37,405 nt of DNA from a virus. Below are positions 5,428 to 13,291 of this stretch, piece after piece; the first letter of the stretch is position 1, and every line of letters begins with the position of its first letter. The translations under genes were made by a program, and so were the position numbers. The notes below the pieces were generated by a model. It had not been told where the DNA came from, did no database searches, and worked only from the letters and a program-made list of their open reading frames with translations. The stretch lies in IMG/VR virus record IMGVR_UViG_3300027971_000007, one strand, 5' to 3'.

Positions 5428-5825
5428 TGATACTAGATATAGACCAGGCTAACGCTGACTTGAATTGTATGGCTATGGCTATATATGCAGAGGCTCACAC
5501 GCAAAGCATAGAAGCCAAACATGGGGTTGCACAAGTAATCTTAAATCGCTTTAGAAATGGACATTATGGGAATACAATTTGCGAGGTAATTCTAAAAAAA
5601 GGTCAATTTCATGGAGTATGGGATATTTTAAGTGAGAAACACGAATATCCAAGCCAGGAGGACTTATTAAAAGAAAAACTTATAGCTCATGAAGTCTATT
5701 TTCATAAAGTGCCAAACATAATAGGGAATACGACTTATTATTTTCATGATGATTCAATAAAAAAGCCGCATTCATGGGGAATAAAGACTAAAAAGACAAA
5801 ACTTGACAATTTATTATTTTATTAG
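5427..5825 (+). CDS. SleB-type cell wall hydrolase domain protein
   Basis: The pattern AMAIYAEAHTQS...GVAQVILNRF...TICEVILKKGQF matches the Hydrolase_2/SleB signature (A..IY.EA......G..AV..V..NR....T...V....QF). TAATG overlap with the upstream gene. Confidence 0.6.
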   Translation: MILDIDQANADLNCMAMAIYAEAHTQSIEAKHGVAQVILNRFRNGHYGNTICEVILKKGQFHGVWDILSEKHEYPSQEDLLKEKLIAHEVYFHKVPNIIGNTTYYFHDDSIKKPHSWGIKTKKTKLDNLLFY

Positions 5826-5834
5826 GAGAAAGAA

Positions 5835-5933
5835 ATGCTTTTAACTATTATAGTTTTTGTGGTAGGATTTATTTTCGGGTTCATATTAGGAAACCGAGAA
5901 AAGAACAACGAAACATATTTTGGAGATTATTAA
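5835..5933 (+). CDS. Small membrane peptide (32 aa)
   Basis: MLLTIIVFVVGFIFGFILGNREKNNETYFGDY*. AGGAG lies 6 nt upstream. Below the ORF-track cutoff. Confidence 0.45.
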   Translation: MLLTIIVFVVGFIFGFILGNREKNNETYFGDY

Positions 5934-5934
5934 A

Positions 5935-6108
5935 ATGAAAACAAGAAAAGAAATGATTGAAAGATTAGTAGAACATAGGATTGATTGTTGGTATGAATGG
6001 AAACCTTATGAAATTGCTGATTTATTTAGAAGTGGTATGACAGGTTATGACAAGATGTCAGATGAAGAACTAAAAGATGAATATGAACTTTACTTCGAGG
6101 AGAACTAA
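5935..6108 (+). CDS. Hypothetical protein
   Basis: The in-frame ATG at 5935 (MKTRKEM...) follows GGAG. The ORF track starts at TTG 5920. Confidence 0.5.
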   Translation: MKTRKEMIERLVEHRIDCWYEWKPYEIADLFRSGMTGYDKMSDEELKDEYELYFEEN

Positions 6109-6109
6109 C

Positions 6110-6421
6110 ATGAAAACTTTTAAAGTTTATGCAGAGGCAATCGTGCCATATTACAAGGTTATAGAGGCAGAAAACAAAACAGAGGCTTATCTAAAGGCAG
6201 TTAAAATACCTAAAGAAGAGTTTAGTTATGCTTATGAAATGAAACATGAGGAATGGCATACGACAATTAACGACATGGTTGAAATTATGGACTTTCCAAC
6301 ATGGATAATGGAACATCATAACAATAGATTTACTGCTGATTTAACAGATGCTATAGAAGACACTGATTTACAAGATGATTATATTAATTTTTATGGACTA
6401 ACTGAAAGGGATGTGTTATAA
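6110..6421 (+). CDS. Hypothetical protein
   Basis: The ATG at 6110 (MKTFKVY...) has GAGGAG upstream and starts 2 nt after the previous stop. The ORF-track start at 6077 overlaps the previous gene. Confidence 0.55.
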   Translation: MKTFKVYAEAIVPYYKVIEAENKTEAYLKAVKIPKEEFSYAYEMKHEEWHTTINDMVEIMDFPTWIMEHHNNRFTADLTDAIEDTDLQDDYINFYGLTERDVL

Positions 6422-6487
6422 TGTTAAGAGATACCATGCTTTATTATCGTAATGCAAAAAGATATTTAAAACTTTTGGAGAAACAAA

Positions 6488-6682
6488 ATGATAACAAAAA
6501 ACTTTGGTGAGTATAAAATAATTTACTTAACTAAAAATACTTTTAATTTCTTTTGGGGATATGGTTGGGATTCACAAGCGAAGTTTAAACGAGATGGAAA
6601 AAGCTTTACTTTACTTCAACGACCTACACGAAGTTTACCACGAGATGTTAATGTAATACTTTCTAAAATGATTGGGGTATAA
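6488..6682 (+). CDS. Hypothetical protein
   Basis: 64-aa ORF with GGAG upstream, in the co-oriented array. Confidence 0.45.
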   Translation: MITKNFGEYKIIYLTKNTFNFFWGYGWDSQAKFKRDGKSFTLLQRPTRSLPRDVNVILSKMIGV

Positions 6683-6683
6683 A

Positions 6684-6890
6684 ATGAGATGTGTCGCCTG
6701 TAATGCTTTATTATCAGATTATGAATCAACACGAAAAAGCCAAACGACAGGGGAATATTTAGATCTATGTAATTACTGTTTAAACGACATTAAAAATGAT
6801 TTACTTTACATGGAACGAGAAGACCTAGCTACAAAAGAAACACCCTCAGATGAAGAACACCATGACTTTTTAGAATGGAAAGACCTATGA
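6684..6890 (+). CDS. Hypothetical zinc-ribbon protein
   Basis: MRCVACN...LCNYCLN (CxxC...CxxC). The ATG at 6684 lies 2 nt after the upstream stop. Confidence 0.5.
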   Translation: MRCVACNALLSDYESTRKSQTTGEYLDLCNYCLNDIKNDLLYMEREDLATKETPSDEEHHDFLEWKDL

Positions 6891-7117
6891 AAAAACCTGA
6901 TGCGTGGCGTTATGAAGAGTTTGATACGAATGGGGATTTACGATCAAGTCAGACATGGACTTTTTTACCCTCAGACATACAACAAACGATAAAGCTTAAA
7001 GATGTTCATCATGTAGAACTTACCCCAATGTATTTAGACTTAAAAGAAAAGCAAGTGTATAATAAGCAAAATAAGTTTGATTCTAAAAAACTAGTAGAGG
7101 CATATTGTGGTCTATGA
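6887..7117 (+). CDS. Hypothetical protein
   Basis: The ATG at 6887 makes an ATGA overlap with the upstream stop. The ORF-track start is 6875. Confidence 0.45.
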   Translation: MKKPDAWRYEEFDTNGDLRSSQTWTFLPSDIQQTIKLKDVHHVELTPMYLDLKEKQVYNKQNKFDSKKLVEAYCGL

Positions 7118-7836
7118 GTCATTTTCTATACAATGAGAGATGCCCTAAATGCAGTGCCAATGGTGCTGACAAGTCAGGAAACAATCTAGCAGTCTATTCT
7201 GATACACATAAGTATTGTTTTGCTTGTGGTTATCACGATAGGGGTGACATTGTAGAGAAATATAAGGATCGTTTAAACACAGTATTAGAAAAGAAATCTT
7301 TTATGTCATTTAATAAGGCTCAGTTTATGGACGCTAAAGGAATGACCTACCTTAAAAAATATGGACTAACAAACGATGAAATCAATAAAAATTATTTTTG
7401 GGATAGTGATGGTTATTTGGTCTTTGATGGTGGTAGTTATCAAAACGCTAGAAACTTCACAGGATTAGGTGCTAAGTATATGACTAGGGGAGTTATTCGT
7501 AATAATGAGCCAATTATGCAGAATACGCAAAATGACTCTATAATTATTGTAGAAGATGCAATTTCTGCTATAAAAGTTAGTAGAGTGCTACCAAGTGTTC
7601 CAATACATAACTCAATTATACCCCTAGAACTCATTTTAAGGCTATCTAAACGCTTTAAAAAACTTTTTGTATGGCTCGATAAGGATAAAAGTTTATCGGC
7701 TCTTAAACAGGCAGGAAATGCGAAATTACTTTTTGATGAAGTAAGAACAATTTGGACTGATCTCGATCCAAAATGTTATTCTGAAACAGAGATAAAGAAA
7801 TATTTAAATGTAGTTGACATGGAGAAAGAAGTATGA
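7105..7836 (+). CDS. DNA primase (T7 gp4-type zinc finger plus TOPRIM)
   Basis: CPKCSANG...CFACGYH zinc-binding motif, TOPRIM acidic motifs IIIVEDAISAIK and VWLDKD. An alternative ATG at 7114 makes an ATGA overlap with the upstream stop. Confidence 0.8.
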   Translation: MWSMSHFLYNERCPKCSANGADKSGNNLAVYSDTHKYCFACGYHDRGDIVEKYKDRLNTVLEKKSFMSFNKAQFMDAKGMTYLKKYGLTNDEINKNYFWDSDGYLVFDGGSYQNARNFTGLGAKYMTRGVIRNNEPIMQNTQNDSIIIVEDAISAIKVSRVLPSVPIHNSIIPLELILRLSKRFKKLFVWLDKDKSLSALKQAGNAKLLFDEVRTIWTDLDPKCYSETEIKKYLNVVDMEKEV

Positions 7837-7842
7837 TAGAAT
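7814..7842 (+). promoter_or_regulatory. Sigma70-type promoter (TTGACA-N17-TAGAAT) at the primase/helicase junction, firing into the second A/T-only tract
   Basis: TTGACA at 7814-7819, a 17-nt spacer, TAGAAT at 7837-7842. The A/T-only run starts at 7840. Confidence 0.5.
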
Positions 7843-9053
7843 TAATTATTATTAAATATATATTAAATAATATAATATATAATAAATATATAAATAATAT
7901 TATAATAACAAATAAAGAACTTGTCAAGCTTCTTTATTGTGTTAAATCTTTACAGGAATCTTCTGATAAAGAGCAATACACCATTGACGACCTAGAACTA
8001 AAATTCTTCTCAGATTATCCATTCTTGAAAGATGTTGAAAAGGAAATGTTCAATACAATCTTCGACAAGCTTCGTGGATTGGAAGTTGATGACACTCGCA
8101 TTGAGGAATATCTCGACAAACAACGATCTGCGGTTATGGCTCGTGAAGTTGCAGAGATGGCTCTTGAAGTCACAGAGGGCAGAAAAGACTTTAACGAGAT
8201 TCTTGACAAAATCTCTAAGATGGATATTGACAGACCAAACGAGGAAGAGATTACATTCGTCACTGATGACCTAGAGGAGTTGTATGAATCTCAAGTAACG
8301 ACTAAGGGACTTAGGTGGCGTTTAAACTGTCTCAATCAATCTTTGGGCAGTCTTAGACAAGGTGATTTTGGGTTTCTGTTTGCTAGACCTGAAACAGGGA
8401 AGACAACATTCTTGGCTAGTGAAGTCACACACATGGCTACACAAGCTGAGGGCAATATTCTTTGGTTCAACAACGAGGAACAAGGTAGCAAGGTTATGAT
8501 GAGATGTATTCAAGCCTCACTTGGCTTATCTCTACCTGAACTCTATCGAGATATCAAGGCTAACAAAGAGAAGTTTATTGAGAAGACGCAACATAAGATT
8601 AAAATCTTTGACCAAGCTTCAATCAGCTACAAAGATGTAAATAAGATTTGTGAGCAGATTAAACCTAGCTTAATTATATTCGACCAGATAGACAAGATTA
8701 AAGGGTTCGAGCAAGATAGGAATGATTTGATGCTAGGGTCTATTTACCAATGGGCTAGAGAACTTGCTAAAGACTTTGCACCAGTGATTGCAGTGTGTCA
8801 AGCTGACGGATCAGGTGAAGGAGTTAAGTGGCTTAACATGGGTAATGTTGCTAATGCTAAGACATCTAAACAAGCGGAGGCAGATTGGATACTAGGCATT
8901 GGTAAGACAAATGACGAGGGCTTAGAGTATATGCGTCACTTCTGTATCTCTAAGAACAAACTTGTAGGAGACAATGATTCAATCCCTGACATGAGACATG
9001 GGAAATTTGATTGTGTTATTAAACCTGATGTTGCAAGATATGTAGATGTGTGA
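7833..9053 (+). CDS. DnaB/T7 gp4-like replicative helicase
   Basis: Walker A at FARPETGKTTFL, Walker B at PSLIIFDQIDKI, followed by VIAVCQADGSG. ATGA overlap with the primase stop. The true start is uncertain because the first ~25 codons are the A/T-only tract and the next ATG is at codon 71. Confidence 0.8.
   Translation: MIELIIIKYILNNIIYNKYINNIIITNKELVKLLYCVKSLQESSDKEQYTIDDLELKFFSDYPFLKDVEKEMFNTIFDKLRGLEVDDTRIEEYLDKQRSAVMAREVAEMALEVTEGRKDFNEILDKISKMDIDRPNEEEITFVTDDLEELYESQVTTKGLRWRLNCLNQSLGSLRQGDFGFLFARPETGKTTFLASEVTHMATQAEGNILWFNNEEQGSKVMMRCIQASLGLSLPELYRDIKANKEKFIEKTQHKIKIFDQASISYKDVNKICEQIKPSLIIFDQIDKIKGFEQDRNDLMLGSIYQWARELAKDFAPVIAVCQADGSGEGVKWLNMGNVANAKTSKQAEADWILGIGKTNDEGLEYMRHFCISKNKLVGDNDSIPDMRHGKFDCVIKPDVARYVDV
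7840..7908. repeat. 69-nt tract with no G or C, in frame within the 5' end of the helicase ORF
   Basis: Every base from 7840 to 7908 is A or T. The tract translates as ELIIIKYILNNIIYNKYINNIII with no TAA in frame. Its composition is similar to tract 1308-1379, and both end ...ATAACAAA. Confidence 0.9.
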
Positions 9054-9065
9054 TAGAATATAGAT

Positions 9066-10223
9066 ATGAACACAATAATTTTAGATGTAGAAACAACGAT
9101 TCACGCTAATGGAAATCCATTCTCTGAAAGGAATAAACTTTGCTATGTCGGACTTCATCATAATAATGTTTCTAGTATATTTGATATTGAATATAGTGGA
9201 AATCCGTACAGGGAACAACTTAACGCTATACAGAATGTCCTTGACAATGACGCTATTCTTGTTGGCTTTAACATTAAGTTTGACCTGCACTGGATAAGAA
9301 AATATGGAATATCTTTTATGGATAGGCGTATTTGGGATTGTCAGTTGGTACATTTTATTCTCACTAACCAACAGAATCCCTATCCGTCACTTAATGGTGT
9401 CGCTGAGTACTATGGTTTGGGTAGTAAGCTTGATGTTGTTGCTACTGAGTATTGGGGGAATGGGATAGACACACCTGATGTTCCTAAAGACATTCTTGAG
9501 GACTACCTAAAGCAAGACCTCGTTTTAACAGAGGCAGTGTTTAAACGGCAGTATGAGGAAGTAATGGCTCTTCCACAAGAACGACAACGATTGATTAGTT
9601 TACACAATCAGGACTTGCTTGTTTTAGAAGAGATGGAATATAATGGAATTTTATTTGATGAGGATAGGAGTTTAGAACTTGGTGCGGAACTGGAAAAGGA
9701 AGTCGGACTATTGGACGAAGAATTGGCTAAGACTTTTAATATTAGTGGTTTTAACTTTAATAGCAAAGATCATCTTAGTTGTTTGTTGTATGGTGGAAGG
9801 ATTACTATACCCAAAAAAGAAGTTATCGGAACTTACAAAACTGGTGAAAGAAAAGGTCAAGTCAAAGAAGGGTGGATAGATTACACTCATGATATGCCTA
9901 GATTAATTGAGCCACTAAAAGGGAGTGAATTAAAAAAAGATGGGTACTATAGCACAGATGAACAGACGCTTAGAAGCCTTAGGGGCACAGGAGTTTCTAA
10001 AGGAATTATTCAACTTATCCTTAAACGGAGTGGACTTGAAAAGCGTAGAGGGACTTACTATTCAGGACTCCCTGAACTCAGAGAGAATCAAGGTTGGAGT
10101 AAAGGTACGCTACATGGACAACTCAACCAGTGCGTTGCTAGAACTGGTCGCCTTAGTTCCTCAAAGCCGAATCTACAAAATTTTGATGGAGAAATAAAAG
10201 AGTTATTTTACTCAAGATATTAA
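9066..10223 (+). CDS. Family A DNA polymerase, N-terminal part (3'-5' exonuclease to just before motif A)
   Basis: ExoI at ILDVETT, ExoII at LVGFNIKFDLHW. The ORF ends after ...TGRLSSSKPNLQNFDGEIKELFYSRY*, the equivalent of Pol I ...PNLQNIP..., which immediately precedes motif A. Confidence 0.85.
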   Translation: MNTIILDVETTIHANGNPFSERNKLCYVGLHHNNVSSIFDIEYSGNPYREQLNAIQNVLDNDAILVGFNIKFDLHWIRKYGISFMDRRIWDCQLVHFILTNQQNPYPSLNGVAEYYGLGSKLDVVATEYWGNGIDTPDVPKDILEDYLKQDLVLTEAVFKRQYEEVMALPQERQRLISLHNQDLLVLEEMEYNGILFDEDRSLELGAELEKEVGLLDEELAKTFNISGFNFNSKDHLSCLLYGGRITIPKKEVIGTYKTGERKGQVKEGWIDYTHDMPRLIEPLKGSELKKDGYYSTDEQTLRSLRGTGVSKGIIQLILKRSGLEKRRGTYYSGLPELRENQGWSKGTLHGQLNQCVARTGRLSSSKPNLQNFDGEIKELFYSRY

Positions 10224-10234
10224 AGGAGAAACTT

Positions 10235-10414
10235 ATGAATGATGATTACGATTATGAAGTACCTGATATGAACCCTTCAGAAGATGAAGCATACTTCTAT
10301 CACACTCTTGGAGACTTTGAGAGTTATGTTAAAGACTTAGGTGCTAAGTATATTATAACTGAGATGAGTAGTGATGTTAGGAAGTTACTAGAAGATGCGT
10401 TTAAACAATGCTAA
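10235..10414 (+). CDS. Small acidic protein (59 aa) inserted between the two DNA polymerase ORFs
   Basis: MNDDYDYEVPDMNPSEDEAYFYHTLGDFESYVKDLGAKYIITEMSSDVRKLLEDAFKQC*. A strong AAAGGAG SD is present. Its stop overlaps the ATG of the C-terminal polymerase ORF (ATGCTAA). Confidence 0.55.
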   Translation: MNDDYDYEVPDMNPSEDEAYFYHTLGDFESYVKDLGAKYIITEMSSDVRKLLEDAFKQC

Positions 10415-11133
10415 TTCAGGGAGATGCCTCTGCACTTGAGTGGAGGTGTGCCGCCTTCCTAAGTAAAGACAAGGTAGCCTATGAAGAGATTTGGAACAAT
10501 GTAGATCAACACACTGACAACCAAACTCGCTTTGGTTTACCAAGTCGTCTTATTGCTAAGACATTTGTATTTAGACTTATCTATGGTGGCAGTGCTTACT
10601 CTTACGCAAATGATCCTAACTTTGCTGAGGTAAGTAAGAGTGAGAAGTTTTGGCAAGGGGTCATTGACGAGTTCTATAGTAAGTATAAAGGACTTCATAA
10701 GTGGCATATTAAACTTATGCAAGAAGCTACAACGACTAAGATGGTTAAACTTCCTACTGGTAGAATCTATCAGTTTGAACCTGAATTAAGACGAGGGGAG
10801 AAAGTGTTCCCTCGCACCACAATCTTGAACTACCCTGTGCAAGGACTTGGGGCAGACTTGATGACATTGGCAAGAGTATCTTTATATAACCGAATGAGGA
10901 AATTAAACTATGAAAAGGCGAGACTTGTTAATACAGTTCATGATTCCATTATTATTGATTGTGATAATGGCTTTACTAATACTTTAGCTAAGACAATGTT
11001 AAATGTATTTGAAGATGTTCCTAAGAACTTTCAGAAGATGTTTGGGACTGAGTTTGACCTCCCAATGAAGGCAGAAGTACAGGTTGGAAATAATTGGAAA
11101 GACATGGAGGTATGGAACGATGTGGAATTATAG
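10408..11133 (+). CDS. Family A DNA polymerase, C-terminal part (motifs A, B, C)
   Basis: Motif A-like GDASALEWR (cf. DYSQIELR), motif B RLIAKTFVFRLIYG (cf. R..AK..NFG.IYG), motif C TVHDSIIID (cf. VHDE). Confidence 0.85.
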   Translation: MLIQGDASALEWRCAAFLSKDKVAYEEIWNNVDQHTDNQTRFGLPSRLIAKTFVFRLIYGGSAYSYANDPNFAEVSKSEKFWQGVIDEFYSKYKGLHKWHIKLMQEATTTKMVKLPTGRIYQFEPELRRGEKVFPRTTILNYPVQGLGADLMTLARVSLYNRMRKLNYEKARLVNTVHDSIIIDCDNGFTNTLAKTMLNVFEDVPKNFQKMFGTEFDLPMKAEVQVGNNWKDMEVWNDVEL

Positions 11134-11353
11134 AATAATGAAACGAAAATGCCCTGAGACTGGTGAGATTTACTATGCTTTAAATGAAGTCTTTTATCAA
11201 GAAAAAGGCAAACCTATGGCTTATAGTGAACGAGACGACATTGTAGGTAGTTCTGCAAAAGAGATTATAGAAACTCTAGAGATGATGTTAATTGATGCTA
11301 AGAAAGATGCCCCTGTTTTAACAGAAGAAGATTTTAAAGTAGTTGACAAGTAG
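11120..11353 (+). CDS. Hypothetical protein
   Basis: The ATG at 11120 (MWNYRIMKRK...) has GGAGG 9 nt upstream and overlaps the polymerase stop. Confidence 0.5.
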   Translation: MWNYRIMKRKCPETGEIYYALNEVFYQEKGKPMAYSERDDIVGSSAKEIIETLEMMLIDAKKDAPVLTEEDFKVVDK

Positions 11354-11370
11354 TATGGATGTGGTATAAT
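11343..11370 (+). promoter_or_regulatory. Consensus sigma70 promoter with extended -10 (TTGACA-N16-TGgTATAAT)
   Basis: TTGACA at 11343-11348 and TATAAT at 11365-11370, preceded by TGG. It lies upstream of the AAGGAG SD and the ATG at 11414. Confidence 0.7.
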
Positions 11371-11413
11371 ATATGTATAGTCTTAGTAAAAGACTAATTT
11401 TAAAGGAGTATTT

Positions 11414-11899
11414 ATGATTATAGAAATTATTGATGTAGGTTCACCTGAGTCAGTGAAAACTGGTAAAGGACAATATCAGACATTACAAGTGAGTTTTAAG
11501 AATGAACAAGGGCAAGTACAAGGTAAGAAGCTTATGTCATTCAGTAACCCAACTGTATTCAAGGATATTCAGGGTTATGCTAAGGGTGATCGAGTAGATG
11601 TTCTTACTGTTAAAGAAGGTGATTACTGGCAGTGGAAAGCTATTGACAAAGAAGGTGAAGCTCCCCCAAGACCAGCAGCAGCACCTGCTTCAACTGGTGG
11701 CGGTGGTAAGGTCATTGGTAGCAACTATGAGACAGCAGAAGAAAGAGCTAGACGACAAGTGTATATCATTCGTCAATCCTCTCTTGGCACTGCAGTGGAA
11801 TTGTTAGGCAGTGGTGCGGCAGTAGCTGATGTCATTAACACTGCAAAACAGTTCGAGGCTTATGTCTTCTCTAAAGAAGCTGAAGGCGAAGTAGATTAA
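11414..11899 (+). CDS. Putative ssDNA-binding protein
   Basis: The N-terminus has a beta-rich, OB-like pattern. A Pro/Ala/Gly linker (PPRPAAAPASTGGGG) and an acidic C-terminal tail (EAEGEVD) follow. The gene has its own strong promoter and sits between the polymerase and the FEN nuclease. The call rests on architecture only. Confidence 0.4.
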   Translation: MIIEIIDVGSPESVKTGKGQYQTLQVSFKNEQGQVQGKKLMSFSNPTVFKDIQGYAKGDRVDVLTVKEGDYWQWKAIDKEGEAPPRPAAAPASTGGGGKVIGSNYETAEERARRQVYIIRQSSLGTAVELLGSGAAVADVINTAKQFEAYVFSKEAEGEVD

Positions 11900-12573
11900 T
11901 GGAAGCTTTGATGGATGGCGATATTTACGCATTTCGAGTAGCTTGTACTACAGAGAATGATAACGAAGCTATCGCTGTCTATCGTGTCAATGAGATGATT
12001 GAGAATACTTTAAATGAGGTAGAAGCTACTGAGTATAAATTATTCTTGACATCTCCTGACAATTTCAGGAAGCACATCTATCCTGAATACAAGGCTAATC
12101 GTACTGCAACCAAACCTAAGCACCTACAATTCCTTAGAGACTATCTTGTTGAGAGTTGGCAAGGAACAGTTGCTGAGAAGATGGAAGCAGACGATTATCT
12201 TGGTATCAATCAACATGAATCTAGCATCATCTGTTCTATAGATAAAGACTTGTTGCAAGTGCCTGGAAAGCACTACAACTTCGTTAAAAAAGAATTCTAT
12301 GAAGTAGATGGGGAAACTGGATCTAGGAACTTCTACACACAACTTCTCACAGGTGATACTTCTGATAACATAAAAGGTATAGCAGGTATTGGACCAGTTA
12401 AGGCTAAGAAAGCTTTAGCTGAGGCAACTAATGAATATGAAATGTTTTGTATAGTTAGAGATATGTATAAAAATGATGAATGGATGATAATGAATGGAAG
12501 GTGTTTACACATCCTCAGATCATTAGATGATGATTGGACAAATCATTTTAAAAGATTAACTAATGGCGAATAA
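11899..12573 (+). CDS. FEN-family 5'-3' exonuclease / RNase H (T7 gp6 / T4 RNase H analogue)
   Basis: Motifs YKANR, MEADDYLG, SIDKDLLQ and the H3TH motif LTGDTSDNIKGIAGIGPVKAKKAL. Confidence 0.85.
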   Translation: MEALMDGDIYAFRVACTTENDNEAIAVYRVNEMIENTLNEVEATEYKLFLTSPDNFRKHIYPEYKANRTATKPKHLQFLRDYLVESWQGTVAEKMEADDYLGINQHESSIICSIDKDLLQVPGKHYNFVKKEFYEVDGETGSRNFYTQLLTGDTSDNIKGIAGIGPVKAKKALAEATNEYEMFCIVRDMYKNDEWMIMNGRCLHILRSLDDDWTNHFKRLTNGE

Positions 12574-12940
12574 GGACTGGACTGAAGGTCGCTACAAATC
12601 ATTTATAACTTCTACCCTAAGGGGTGGATTTAGAAGGTACCCTCCAAAATATGACTCTCTCAAAGAAGCTCAAGTTGGTAAGAAAATTAACACTAAATCT
12701 CAACGCTTGGCTATGCACTATGAGTGTAAAGGATGCAAAGGGCAGTTCCCTGCTAAGGAGGTTCAGGTGGATCACATACTTCCTGTGGTCTGCCCTAAGA
12801 AAGGATTCGAGTCGTGGGATATATTTATTACACGCCTCTTTTGCACATCGGATAATTTACAAGTACTCTGCAAAAGTTGTCATGACATCAAAACAAAAGA
12901 TGAAAGGGTAAAGCGTGTTAGTAAAAGGACTAAGACCTGA
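12563..12940 (+). CDS. HNH endonuclease
   Basis: CKGCKG...VDHILPV...NLQVLCKSCHDIKT: an HNH core with two CxxC pairs. Confidence 0.8.
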   Translation: MANKDWTEGRYKSFITSTLRGGFRRYPPKYDSLKEAQVGKKINTKSQRLAMHYECKGCKGQFPAKEVQVDHILPVVCPKKGFESWDIFITRLFCTSDNLQVLCKSCHDIKTKDERVKRVSKRTKT

Positions 12941-13106
12941 TGGCTCTTTTGATAGTGCAGATATAGATGAACAAGAAGAAGAAATATTATTAAAGATTGT
13001 AACAAGATATATAATTAATAATTGTGTGCTAGAACAAACGGAAGATGGTCATGAGATCTACTTACATTATCTTCCTGATTGGGTATATGAAGGGAAGATA
13101 CAATGA
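12915..13106 (+). CDS. Hypothetical protein (GTG start)
   Basis: 63-aa ORF in the co-oriented array. There is no in-frame ATG near the start. Confidence 0.35.
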   Translation: MLVKGLRPDGSFDSADIDEQEEEILLKIVTRYIINNCVLEQTEDGHEIYLHYLPDWVYEGKIQ

Positions 13107-13291
13107 GTAAGAATGATATAACAGGTGATTCAATTAGAAGTAAACCCCTGTCTAAAGAAGCAGAAGATAACTGGGATCGTATCTTTAAAAAAGATTATGA
13201 ATACGAACTTAATAAAAGTACAGGTGAAGTAGAAAAACGATTTAAAGATGGTATAGATAAACCTAATGGAGAACAGTTTAATGACGAGTAA
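13103..13291 (+). CDS. Hypothetical protein
   Basis: 62-aa ORF with an ATGA overlap with the upstream gene. Confidence 0.45.
   Translation: MSKNDITGDSIRSKPLSKEAEDNWDRIFKKDYEYELNKSTGEVEKRFKDGIDKPNGEQFNDE

Noticed and set aside
10224-10407. The gap between the polymerase halves as a group I intron or intein
   Set aside because: At about 184 nt it is short for a group I intron, and it contains a strongly SD-driven ORF. No intein splice-junction residues or blocks are present, and both polymerase ORFs have their own stop and start codons.
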